Origin: Candidatus Hodarchaeota archaeon
GTDB lineage: Archaea; Asgardarchaeota; Heimdallarchaeia; Hodarchaeales; Hodarchaeaceae
Direction: 5' to 3'
Assembly: GCA_016839785.1 (NCBI GenBank)
Contig: JAEOTQ010000034.1
Span: forward strand, 1,206-65,205
Length of the DNA stretch: 64,000 nt
Below are positions 20,059 to 29,109 of this stretch, one piece after another; position 1 is the stretch's first letter; the number at the start of each line of letters is the position of its first letter. The notes under the pieces are model-generated. The model was given only the letters and a program-made list of their open reading frames with translations, did no database searches and was not told the origin of the DNA. A program made the translations under genes and the position numbers.

Positions 20059-20763
20059 TCACTGCAATTGTTGAATCAAACTCGCAATGCGGGAGTTAAT
20101 ATCTTTAAGCATGTTTGAACTCAAAAGATCTATATAAGAAATATGCTGCCTATCTTGATTCGAGTAGTACTTCCAATTGGCTGGATAGGGGTCACATATG
20201 AGTCCACTTTTTGCTAGTTTTTTCGTTAAATGACTAATGGCTTTTACAAGAGTTAGATCTTCTTTTATTGTATCACCTTGGACTTCCTCGACAATTAATA
20301 TGGGATATTCCTTGTCAAAAGCCTCAATTTTCGCAATTCCAATTACTTTCGGCGTTATAAAGCGATACTCTTTCAATTCTGGTTCTAAATTGATCTTTTT
20401 AATAGTAGTTAGGAAATCACTAATACAAAAATAATGGATAAGCAATTGAGTTAAATGACGAGAATAATAGGGCTTATACATCAATCTCCCTACTTGCTCA
20501 GAAGGAAAACTCCACCCAAACAGGACGCTGGATCCTCCTGCATAAAATTGAGTTCCGATTAGCTTTTTTCCGAGTTTTTCTTTGATTAATTCAATTTTCT
20601 TAGGCCCTAGAAATTGACCTCTCGAGAATTGGACAACACTCTCAACTAATTCTAGGTTTTTTTGGAGAGCATAATATGAATAATTTTTCTTAAATTCAGG
20701 AAATATACTAAATGTAGGGGGACTCATTATGCCCAAAGACCTATACCCAGTCTGCTGAATCAA
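20059..20763 (-). CDS. Hypothetical protein with faint protein-kinase-like (RIO/Kdo-type) C-lobe features
   Basis: ILIVEEVQGDTI (hinge-like), LAKSGLICDPYPANWKY (catalytic-loop-like, no HxD), ISYIDLLSS (DFG-like position). Overlaps the top6A 3' end by 23 nt, or is separated by 13 nt if Met13 is the start. Confidence 0.4.
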   Translation of the reverse strand: MIQQTGYRSLGIMSPPTFSIFPEFKKNYSYYALQKNLELVESVVQFSRGQFLGPKKIELIKEKLGKKLIGTQFYAGGSSVLFGWSFPSEQVGRLMYKPYYSRHLTQLLIHYFCISDFLTTIKKINLEPELKEYRFITPKVIGIAKIEAFDKEYPILIVEEVQGDTIKEDLTLVKAISHLTKKLAKSGLICDPYPANWKYYSNQDRQHISYIDLLSSNMLKDINSRIASLIQQLQ

Positions 20764-22150
20764 TCTTTGTCGGAAGATACGTTCCAGTCATATATCGCCA
20801 ATTTTTACTAGCTAACGCTTGAATTTCGGCTTTTTGTTTAGTGTTTTTCATTATGAGAATCTGTTTTTCCCACTCAGGACGTGATTTGACGAAATCTTCT
20901 TTTAGCAAATCATCTGCACGTTTCATATCGTTATCTGTCATCTTGATTAATACTGATTTGGGAATTTGGTATTCCTCAATATCAGAGGGTAACAAACCTA
21001 ACCAACGAATATCAGGAACAGCCAACTCAACACTCTCGAAACTTAAGGCCTTGCTTCCTATTGAATATACTCTCAAAATATCTAATCCATACGGATCAGC
21101 ATCTAAGAATCCTAAAATTGGAATTTTTAAATCTTGATACATCTTTTTTATAAATAAACGTGTAGCCATATCAGGCTGTCCTGAAGCAGTAATTAGAATG
21201 CAGGGAATATAATTAAAGAACTTATCCTCTGCTAAGTCTTGGAATACAGCGTCTTTTTCTATTACAAGCATGAATTCTGCATCACTGTCGAAATTTTCTA
21301 CTTGATCAAGCATAGGCGTTATGGCATGACCACCCAATCCCTTTGTACAATCAATACGGTCTCCTCCCTCAGTGAAAGAAAGTCTTCCAATAACTTTGCC
21401 TTTCGCTGTAGCTATAACATTCAATGAATTCCTTGATACACGTAATAACGCCCCCAAATCCTCGATTAATCCATCAGAAACTCTTTGATTTCCAAAAAGA
21501 TTTACATCACGATAAAACAAATGTCTTTTAGTTGCATGCTTTTCAGTTGAAAGTATTTCAGTTACATATCTCATTAAACCAGTTAATTGGACAACACTTT
21601 GCACACTGCTCAAATGACGGAACTGCCTGTCAACAACATTGCTCCCTAAAAGAACCATTCTAGAATTATTATCATAACCAACATTTTCAGAGCTTCGGGA
21701 GGGTATCCGAAAAGCTGCGTTTCGTGGATCCTCTGCAATTTCATCTAGAAATTCTAATGCAACTCTATTTAATCGAGATCTTGTTTCCTCTGCAGATACA
21801 TTGTCTACTTTCAAGATAGACACGGGAAGATCAACATCTGAATCGCTAACATCTTCTCTTATTTTTTTTAGACCAGCCAAGTTAATATTCCTACGAATCT
21901 GGAGTACAACATCTCCTTGATCAGTCATTTCCCATAATTTTGATAAATTCTTTTTCGTCAAAGCTTCAAAGGATTTTGCTTTTTTCAAACCATAGAATAT
22001 CTTCATTTTTTCTGACTTGAGTCCAAGTGCAGTTTTTATTAGACCAATAACTCCTTGTATTGTATCTTTCTCTTCCATTTTCACTTTAATGACTTTATTC
22101 GTAAAAGAATAATCTTCCAGGACAATAGTATGTTGTTTCTTTTCAGACAT
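20741..22150 (-). CDS. top6A: DNA topoisomerase VI subunit A (Spo11 homologue) with a ~100-aa N-terminal extension
   Basis: Catalytic-Tyr region ATKRHLFYRD (Tyr213), Toprim VIEKDAVF and LDADPYGLDI. ATG lies 2 nt after the top6B stop, with GGGAGG upstream. Confidence 0.9.
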   Translation of the reverse strand: MSEKKQHTIVLEDYSFTNKVIKVKMEEKDTIQGVIGLIKTALGLKSEKMKIFYGLKKAKSFEALTKKNLSKLWEMTDQGDVVLQIRRNINLAGLKKIREDVSDSDVDLPVSILKVDNVSAEETRSRLNRVALEFLDEIAEDPRNAAFRIPSRSSENVGYDNNSRMVLLGSNVVDRQFRHLSSVQSVVQLTGLMRYVTEILSTEKHATKRHLFYRDVNLFGNQRVSDGLIEDLGALLRVSRNSLNVIATAKGKVIGRLSFTEGGDRIDCTKGLGGHAITPMLDQVENFDSDAEFMLVIEKDAVFQDLAEDKFFNYIPCILITASGQPDMATRLFIKKMYQDLKIPILGFLDADPYGLDILRVYSIGSKALSFESVELAVPDIRWLGLLPSDIEEYQIPKSVLIKMTDNDMKRADDLLKEDFVKSRPEWEKQILIMKNTKQKAEIQALASKNWRYMTGTYLPTKIDSADWV

Positions 22151-22152
22151 GA

Positions 22153-25100
22153 TTAAGTTCCTCCCATATAGGAATCCAACTGACCCAGGACATCCGTTTT
22201 TCTTCGTAATCTAATATTAGCCCGAATTTTTTTGACTTTTGCTGCAGAAAGACCGTGGGTTTTTCTTAATGATTCTTCAGGCCAATAAATGAAATCAATA
22301 ATTCTAGTAACCCCATTTTTGACTAATTCTTGGGCAGATGGTATAGGTAACTCAGCTAATTTTACAACAGGCATTTCTAAGTCAGATATACAAGCTTTTA
22401 GTAATTTTTTTGGTACTAGCTCATCAGGGATTAAATCTGCATACCTTTTACCATAAAAGTATAGATCTTCAATATTAGTTATACCAAATTCATGTAATGG
22501 CTCATGATATTGCTCTGAAACGCGTACAAAATTCTGGATGGGAGTTCCTAAATTTTTCTTACGTTTCAATTCAGAAAGATTGACCTTTCGGTATTTAGAA
22601 ATTTCATATCTTTTAACTTCAAGTATCTCTGCCAATTCATCTTTATTCCAGAATAAAAATTCAATAATTGATGTTAAACCCACATTAAACAAGAGGGGAA
22701 TCTTTTCGGGAAAAGTCTCCTTTACAAGAGGTAAAACAGCTACTGGCTTTTCAAGGACTCGCTTAACTCCATCTATCGCTGGTATTAGTGATTTCGGACA
22801 CCGATCGGAGTCTAATCTAAAATATAAATCGATTACATTATCAATACCAAGTTCTTGTATTTTTGTTAGCTGATTGGGAGTAAAAGCCCGTAACGAAGAG
22901 AGTTTTACTCTAAATTCTGATTCGGTTTTCTTATGGGTTAGGATATCAACAAGATTAACGGAGTTTCTAGCGAATTCGTAAGTTTCCTCGGATATGATAC
23001 CAGTAGGATCCTCTAATTGAGAGAATTCCGTTTGAATCAAATTATAAACAGAGGTAATCCCATTAAACGCGAGTGGTACGACATAGGCGGAGGGAACTAA
23101 AGAATAATAGGCAAGAGAAGAGTTTAACGCGTCACGTAGATTATTCAATCTAGATTTAAACTGATCAGAAGCGTTCACTGTTTCAATTTCAATAAACAGC
23201 AGATCTTCAAGTGTATTAACTTTAAAAGACGCTAATTCATCAAAATCAATGAATCCAGATTCAATAACACTAGACACTGTTATCTCTGTATCAACTGCCT
23301 TACCTGCTAATTTAAAGTTGAATCTTTGTTTAAATTTATTTATTTCATGATTATTCATTTTTAATATGGTTGATAATCCATCATTTGGAGCGGAAAACCA
23401 AGATCCAAGAGTAGTGATACCAGAGTTTGAAATCTTTCGTAAATCTGCTACTTGAAAATCCTCTGATAGTCTATTTATTGGACCATCAAGTATGTGTAGA
23501 AATTCAGCTATACCATCCAGCTTTACAACATCAGCACTGAAAAGAATTAAAGATTGTAAGGAAGTTATATCTTTGGCCGATAACTTCTCAATAGTTTGAG
23601 GAGGCAGGTATTCTGATAATTTTGTCAAATGGATTGCCTCTTCCTCTAGTTTTTTCATCAGAGAAGAAAAAGTGATCTCATTGGAAACAGATCTGATTTT
23701 AGGAAAGGACGCTGATACCAGGGTTGCCAAATCTCGATGGCTGAGCTTTATGAAATCTCCCACACGCAGTATCGAATTATCTCGCAATGGGAGGAACCAA
23801 TCTATTGGAAGGGAGGGAATAAAGCTAATCGGTATAGATAGTAGCTGACTGAGTTCATTGAAGTTTAAGGTTTTTAATTCTGAATAAAGTAATTCTGGTG
23901 ATTGTTCTAGGATATTTGTTAGTTTTTCAGGATCAGTAGAATATACATCTCGGATAGAGTCAATCTTCTTCTGCTTTAGTTTTTTAACGGCTTCCTTATC
24001 AGCACCTAGTATTAGATAAAGTGGAGTAGCTATTATCGTGAATAATTCAGTCCATAATTCGGTAGTTACACGAATTTTCTTTTCCTTTTGCTTTTTAAGA
24101 AATAGATTTTCATCAGTTGAGATTAATAGCTCATAGACAGTCTTTAGATTTTGTTCATTGATCTTTTTCAAATAATCGGGTGGAAAATTTATTCTTTCGA
24201 TTGAAAGATTCTTCAGTAGGCTAATTGCTTCATTAATGCGAATAGATTCTTGAATCTTCTTAATTCTATCGCCTTCGATGCCAGTTTTTTTGTTAAGTTC
24301 CTCCCATGGATCTATCATTAAATCAAATATCGTAAAAACATTTTTTTGATGAAAAGTCTTTATCTCAGACGTAGTAATTATAGTACTAGTCTCAATAGGC
24401 ATTTCCAGAATTAATCGTGCATCCAATATGGTCTGCCACTCTAAATCACTTTCTTCAATAGTTTTAGGAGTTGCGGTATAATAAAGATCGGCTAAACTTT
24501 CGATTCCATATCGGGAGAATTTCCTTACAGTGTTTTTATCGAATAATGAAATTTTGGTTAAGGGGATCATTTTTTCTTCCTTGATAGTCTTGATATTTGT
24601 AAAATTCAATTTTTGCTTCATCGTTTTTAGCAGTTCGGGTTCTATCTCAATTGTATTCGTAAGTTGTTCATCTGATGTAGTCAAAAAGTCATAAATTGAG
24701 ATTATATTTTCTTCGGCCAGAGCACGATTTTGTTTTCTAGTTAAACCCTCAATAATAGAGGCAGAAGTTTCTGTTGATTCTCTCAATCGCAAGAGATTCA
24801 CTTTTTGACGGAGGTTCTCAACGTTTTCTGGTGGAGTATCTAAAACATTTGCTAATTCGTTTGGGGAGGAAATTAAAAATCGCAAAATGGTGTCAAGCCT
24901 ATAATTTACGAGTTTCTCGATATATTTCGATGGGATGATCCCATTTAGGTAGGTTACAGGTAGATCAAGTGATTCAACACTTTTCTTTACATAGGCAAAA
25001 TCTAGGTCATCCTCTTCGTCTAACATCTCTTCATTGGCACTATAATACAAATCCTCGACGGTTTCAATACCATAATTTGTCAATGTGGAAATCGTCTTGC

Positions 25101-28100
25101 GATTATACCCAGCAACATGTTCCAAAGGCATTCCATGTTCTTTAATTGCGACAGCTTGTTTAAGTTCATCTATTCGTTTTAATGATATGTTAAGGATTGA
25201 TTTAAGTTCATTCTGAGGCCAGTAAATCAGTTTAATGATTTGGTCAATACCATTATTCGCTAAACTTTCCAATCCATCATGAGACACTCGAATCTGGGAC
25301 TTATCTGTACTCGCCTGTAATTGAATCATAGCAATTGGAGTCTCAAGAATCCTTTGATATCGTTCAATTTTTTTCCACTTAACGCCCATAACTCCAAATG
25401 TTTGCTTATCTGCACAAAAATATATACTTTCGACAGTGGAATACCCACGTGATTTTAACGTCTTCATTTCTCCTGCAGTTAATACTCCAAGATCGATCAA
25501 ATCCATTCCATCAGTAAATTTTGGAATATTCCTTGTTAATTCTAGTACATACTCTCTATCGCGTCCTAAAATACCTGCTATTTCGTCTGGTGACCATGTT
25601 AAAAAGTCGATGAATGATTTTATTCCACCACTTCTTAAACTATTTACCCACCTTGGTCTAATATGAGATAATCTCGTAATAGGAGTGTTAAATAGCTCTA
25701 TCAACTTGTTAGTTTCTTTTTGAGTAAGTTTTAGATTCTTAATTATCTCATTTTCATACGGGAGATTGTAATAAAGTTCTTGAACACTTATGTCAGAATT
25801 GAGAAGTTTAGTCCAAGAATTTTGTTCCAAGTTGTTTTTCAATACGGAAATTGGCCTTTTCTTTAAGGAAATCTGCTTCTGAATTCCCTCAAAGGTAATT
25901 TTACTCTTAATGTCTTCAATTATTTTATAGGAAATTCCTGATTTTCTATGTAAATCATAATCAGGCCAGATTAGAAAATTTATTACTTTAGATATTCCTA
26001 AATGATGAAGTAATGCGAAATATTTACTTGGGATTGGTAAATAACATATTGGTACATTTAACTGGTCCAATATTCCCACAAGCTTATCAGACAAGGATTT
26101 AGGCTTGATTTTCTCCTGTGAAATAACAGAAATTAACTCTTCAAGACATAAAATGTCTAATGATTCCAACTTTCCGACTGTTGCATTATCAATCAATGTA
26201 ATAGGGGTTCCATAAGTTCTCTTTATTGTTTCCAAAACCATTGAGTCCATTCCTTTTATTGCACGTAACTCTTCGGTTGGATGGCTAATGAAATCATAAA
26301 TAGTTGAAATCCCTTTGTTGAGGAGAGTTTTTTCTAATTCTAAATCAAGCCAATAAGCTTGTTTTATTGGGACAGGGTCGAACGTAGCATTAATTTCATC
26401 TAGAATTTCATCCTGTTTGATTAATATTAGGGCATCTATAAGTCCCCGGACAATAAGTAGATCCTTTTCAGTTGTTAAGAGAAAATCGATAAAACCGTGA
26501 ACCTCTAATCTTTCCAAATCGGATAACATTGAATTTGAAATTCCGGGTATTTTAAATAATGATGTGTTATCATTGTAAGACTGTAATGCTTCCTTTAAAT
26601 TGTGTTTGGATTTAAATATCAAATTATCGATCAATTCATTTAAATCAGCTAACTTCTCAGAAGGGGAATTGAGGAAATCTTTGATCTTCGATATTTTCCT
26701 TCCTCTTAACTTAGGCGTTACTCGGTAATCCATCCAGTCAAACGTTGATGCTCCAATGACTTTTTCTGGATCAATATACTCTCCTTTCACTCCTTCTCGA
26801 ATTTCTTCTTTTGCACTTTCAATTAAACGAATCGCCAATTTTGGCATAGAAGATATTTTCTCTGGGAAAGCAACAAAGAATTCCAAGATATTGGTTATTT
26901 TTGCACTTCTGAGGACTTTTTCAATGTCTCCAGTTAACCAGGGAAATAATTCTAAATTAAATGCGTCTTCAGAGCTAGAATTCAAAAAATCAGTAATTGT
27001 ATTCAGTTTTGTTTCGTAAATGAGTTTTTCTGGAAAATCATCTACCTCTCGGAGCTGGGAAGAAGGAGTAGAAAAAAAATCAAAGGCATTTACAATCCAT
27101 CTTTTATTTAATGACTTATGGATAGTATTACTACCTCTATATTTTGAAAAATCTCTCTCAATTTCTTTGGAAAAGAATTCGAAATCCCGAACTATTGGGG
27201 AACGATGAGTTTGTTCTTGTTTTGTAACAGTTTTTCTGATAATTGCATCTATCCTTTCGACAGTCATCCCTGTTATGCTGTTCAATTCAACAGCAGGAGT
27301 TCGTAAAAATTGGTATATTGTCTGGATGTTATTTTCAACAAGCTTCAAGTGGATATCCATTGGTAACCATTCGCCGATTGTGGAAATCTGTGGGCTAGGA
27401 GGATATGATCTTCTAACTAATCGTGGAATAGCGGAAGCCAGCGCTTTTTGTAATTTTGATATTTCCTCTCCTGAGGTCAATAGATAAGGTGAGTTTTCAG
27501 CGGTTAAAATGTGAGAAAGGTTTTGTATTACTCTTGGTGCTGCACTTTCAAACCTTGATTGACGTTGTCTCTCTCTTCTTTCACGTTCAGCTCTTCCTAG
27601 ATGTTGTCCAAGTCCTCGTGCTAATTTCTTCAATACACGATTAACTTGATTTCTTAATTCATCAACATCAGCAATGTACTCCTTACTGGTCTCGGGGAAC
27701 GGGATTTTTGAGGATACAACCGAAACAACAATTGCAATGGGTGCTTTATTGATATTAATCTTATAATTCTTCCAATTCATCTTTTGGACGCATTTTGAAA
27801 TCATATCGTTTCCTGCACCAAAGAGTAATGGGATTCGGTTGGCAAATCTATAAATTTTCGGATTAGCCCCTCTAGAACCGTCTTCTTTCGATAGGTTTGG
27901 ACCACCATATGCTAATGCGGCTTCAACTATAAAAGGATGTCCACTGTATGCTGAAATTTCACCAGATGTTGCTTTTACAAATTGAGGTGACAATTCCTTA
28001 CTAATACCTTTTTCAAGGAGTTCCCACCCAAGAGGTGATAATGAATCTCCACTAGGCCGTTTGAATGGAAAATATTTCTTTTCTTTTTTCTTGGTTTTAT

Positions 28101-29109
28101 CTCGTTCGGGTACAGTAAACCCTTCATGGACAATTCTCCGAATGGCAGTAGCACTAAGTTTCTTGGGGTCAGTTTGATGATCAATATTAACAAAATCAAG
28201 GAAGTCCCTCGCGGTTTTAGGACCAATACCTTGGAAATGTTCCTGGAGAAAAATCTCCATCGTATCACTGCTCGTAACACTCAGTTCCCTCTTAAATTGA
28301 GTAATATCTGTACCCCAAGGATGAACTTTGGCAATTCGAGGATATGATGGCATCTCCTCCACTACACGTTCTAGTTCAATAGGAGAATCAGAATCAGGAT
28401 ATTGGATGAATAAACTAGCATAAGGAGTGATCATTGCTAATTGGGAAAAATAATCATAAATATAGCGAGAGGCAAGGTTCCAAGCTCCAGTAAAGGTAAC
28501 AGAAACTTCAGTACCTGATTCAACAATTGCTTCCGCTGTATCCTGAGGAATTTCCCGCTGAGCGAGGATTATTGGTTCATTTTCCGCAAGATTGATCATC
28601 AATTCGTGATAGCTTGTAAAATCTTCATTTATGTACTTCGATTTAATTATTAGAGGTAAATCCACAGATGACATTGCATTTAAGAGGACCATTTTTGCCC
28701 CTAAACCAAATCTACCGCGGGATTGTCGAGCTCCATAGTTACTTCCAGTTAGAACACGGCCAAATAGAGGTGGTACAAATTCGGACTGAATTCCACTTCC
28801 ATTATCTTTTACCGTCAACCGTAAGAAATCAAGTTTCTCAGATGACTCGAACGAACTTATGTTTAGTAATTTTGCTATCTCTTCTTTTTGCAATTTCTTG
28901 ATGGTTACATGGAGCTCTGGTAAATGACCCATTCTTTCTGCTGCATCTAACCCATTTTCCACTAATTCACGAACACTAGTAAAAACAACCCTCATACTAT
29001 TATCGAAACCTGCTATAGCTTTATTATCTTGAAAAAAATCAGCTGCAGATCTTCTTACAACTTTTTCACGAGTAATGTTCTTTTTAGATGGTTTTGAAGC
29101 ATCAGTCAT
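22153..29109 (-). CDS. top6B: DNA topoisomerase VI subunit B, giant form (2,318 aa): canonical core plus ~1,740-aa HhH-repeat tail
   Basis: Core residues 1 to ~530: ELVENGLDAAE (N box), DNGSGI (G1), GRFGLGAKM (G2), H2TH region GIGPKTARDFL, transducer RFANRIPLLF..SKIPFPETSKEYIA. The rest is one uninterrupted 6,957-nt ORF in an AT-rich genome. Confidence 0.9.
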   Translation of the reverse strand: MTDASKPSKKNITREKVVRRSAADFFQDNKAIAGFDNSMRVVFTSVRELVENGLDAAERMGHLPELHVTIKKLQKEEIAKLLNISSFESSEKLDFLRLTVKDNGSGIQSEFVPPLFGRVLTGSNYGARQSRGRFGLGAKMVLLNAMSSVDLPLIIKSKYINEDFTSYHELMINLAENEPIILAQREIPQDTAEAIVESGTEVSVTFTGAWNLASRYIYDYFSQLAMITPYASLFIQYPDSDSPIELERVVEEMPSYPRIAKVHPWGTDITQFKRELSVTSSDTMEIFLQEHFQGIGPKTARDFLDFVNIDHQTDPKKLSATAIRRIVHEGFTVPERDKTKKKEKKYFPFKRPSGDSLSPLGWELLEKGISKELSPQFVKATSGEISAYSGHPFIVEAALAYGGPNLSKEDGSRGANPKIYRFANRIPLLFGAGNDMISKCVQKMNWKNYKININKAPIAIVVSVVSSKIPFPETSKEYIADVDELRNQVNRVLKKLARGLGQHLGRAERERRERQRQSRFESAAPRVIQNLSHILTAENSPYLLTSGEEISKLQKALASAIPRLVRRSYPPSPQISTIGEWLPMDIHLKLVENNIQTIYQFLRTPAVELNSITGMTVERIDAIIRKTVTKQEQTHRSPIVRDFEFFSKEIERDFSKYRGSNTIHKSLNKRWIVNAFDFFSTPSSQLREVDDFPEKLIYETKLNTITDFLNSSSEDAFNLELFPWLTGDIEKVLRSAKITNILEFFVAFPEKISSMPKLAIRLIESAKEEIREGVKGEYIDPEKVIGASTFDWMDYRVTPKLRGRKISKIKDFLNSPSEKLADLNELIDNLIFKSKHNLKEALQSYNDNTSLFKIPGISNSMLSDLERLEVHGFIDFLLTTEKDLLIVRGLIDALILIKQDEILDEINATFDPVPIKQAYWLDLELEKTLLNKGISTIYDFISHPTEELRAIKGMDSMVLETIKRTYGTPITLIDNATVGKLESLDILCLEELISVISQEKIKPKSLSDKLVGILDQLNVPICYLPIPSKYFALLHHLGISKVINFLIWPDYDLHRKSGISYKIIEDIKSKITFEGIQKQISLKKRPISVLKNNLEQNSWTKLLNSDISVQELYYNLPYENEIIKNLKLTQKETNKLIELFNTPITRLSHIRPRWVNSLRSGGIKSFIDFLTWSPDEIAGILGRDREYVLELTRNIPKFTDGMDLIDLGVLTAGEMKTLKSRGYSTVESIYFCADKQTFGVMGVKWKKIERYQRILETPIAMIQLQASTDKSQIRVSHDGLESLANNGIDQIIKLIYWPQNELKSILNISLKRIDELKQAVAIKEHGMPLEHVAGYNRKTISTLTNYGIETVEDLYYSANEEMLDEEDDLDFAYVKKSVESLDLPVTYLNGIIPSKYIEKLVNYRLDTILRFLISSPNELANVLDTPPENVENLRQKVNLLRLRESTETSASIIEGLTRKQNRALAEENIISIYDFLTTSDEQLTNTIEIEPELLKTMKQKLNFTNIKTIKEEKMIPLTKISLFDKNTVRKFSRYGIESLADLYYTATPKTIEESDLEWQTILDARLILEMPIETSTIITTSEIKTFHQKNVFTIFDLMIDPWEELNKKTGIEGDRIKKIQESIRINEAISLLKNLSIERINFPPDYLKKINEQNLKTVYELLISTDENLFLKKQKEKKIRVTTELWTELFTIIATPLYLILGADKEAVKKLKQKKIDSIRDVYSTDPEKLTNILEQSPELLYSELKTLNFNELSQLLSIPISFIPSLPIDWFLPLRDNSILRVGDFIKLSHRDLATLVSASFPKIRSVSNEITFSSLMKKLEEEAIHLTKLSEYLPPQTIEKLSAKDITSLQSLILFSADVVKLDGIAEFLHILDGPINRLSEDFQVADLRKISNSGITTLGSWFSAPNDGLSTILKMNNHEINKFKQRFNFKLAGKAVDTEITVSSVIESGFIDFDELASFKVNTLEDLLFIEIETVNASDQFKSRLNNLRDALNSSLAYYSLVPSAYVVPLAFNGITSVYNLIQTEFSQLEDPTGIISEETYEFARNSVNLVDILTHKKTESEFRVKLSSLRAFTPNQLTKIQELGIDNVIDLYFRLDSDRCPKSLIPAIDGVKRVLEKPVAVLPLVKETFPEKIPLLFNVGLTSIIEFLFWNKDELAEILEVKRYEISKYRKVNLSELKRKKNLGTPIQNFVRVSEQYHEPLHEFGITNIEDLYFYGKRYADLIPDELVPKKLLKACISDLEMPVVKLAELPIPSAQELVKNGVTRIIDFIYWPEESLRKTHGLSAAKVKKIRANIRLRRKTDVLGQLDSYMGGT
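22156..27387 (-). repeat. Protein-level tandem array (~27 units of ~60-70 aa) of HhH / RNAP alpha-CTD-like modules inside top6B
   Basis: Recurrent pattern P(I/V)xxL..(7-12)..LxxxG(I/V)x(T/S)(I/V)xDF(L/I)xxxxxEL..I.G....... Examples: LLNKGISTIYDFISHPTEELRAIKGM; LRSGGIKSFIDFLTWSPDEIAGILG; LVKNGVTRIIDFIYWPEESLRKTHGLSAAKVKKIRANI (22213-22326). It alternates with a GIxxVxDLYY flavour (GIETVEDLYYSA, GIESLADLYYTA, GITNIEDLYFYG). Confidence 0.75.

Noticed and set aside
22538-28901. Numerous 60-110-aa plus-strand ORFs inside top6B (e.g. 22538-22873, 25436-25666, 26756-27019, 27020-27208, 27275-27487, 28126-28347, 28668-28901)
   Set aside because: All are antisense to a strongly supported 2,318-aa CDS and have low-complexity translations with no motifs. 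They are typical shadow ORFs; the same applies to the antisense ORFs inside gyrA, gyrB, copA, lpdA and uvrC.
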